Below, piece by piece: positions 18,909 through 18,983 of a DNA stretch of 18,983 nt. Location: assembly GCF_006345805.1 (NCBI RefSeq), contig NW_021824360.1, forward strand, positions 1 through 18,983. The letters are read 5' to 3'. Numbering within the stretch: position 1 is the stretch's first letter; each line of letters opens with the position of its first letter. The notes beneath the pieces are model-generated. The model was not told where the DNA came from and searched no databases. It worked only from the letters and a program-made list of their open reading frames with translations. The DNA is from Octopus sinensis (taxonomy: Eukaryota). Both the position numbers and the translations under genes were made by a program.

Positions 18909-18983
18909 CTCAGAACGTAAAATGATATTGCTAACTAAATGTAGGGCATGCAGTTTTTCCTATGGTCTGAAGTTTTTATTACC

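Overview
AT-rich, microsatellite- and SINE-dense animal non-coding DNA. The repeat families look like Octopus/coleoid cephalopod (inferred from recalled repeat sequences, not searched). I found no host protein-coding exon; most ORFs in the track are microsatellite artefacts. Supported content: (i) a decayed cecropia/Hsmar1-like mariner (~628-2203) split by a TSD-flanked SINE trimer; (ii) about 14 insertions of a tRNA-headed SINE ('family 1', with a central GCCTTTCATCCTTTCGGGGTCGATAAATTAAGTACCAG domain) carrying two interchangeable 3' tails (A and B), three of them TSD-flanked A+B dimers; (iii) CORE-type tRNA SINEs; (iv) an initiator tRNA-Met pseudogene; (v) a Penelope-like RT remnant; (vi) a possible degenerate type I hammerhead; (vii) a 5'-truncated, GC-rich L1/Tx1-clade LINE (15731-18076, minus) with (GATA)n on both sides and no poly(A). 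The best candidate for an undescribed system is this apparently (GATA)n-targeting Tx1-like LINE. Its last 44 nt match SINE tail A (33/44, with a shared short stem-loop), which suggests a stringent LINE-SINE partnership, and the SINE also moves as modular dimers and trimers.
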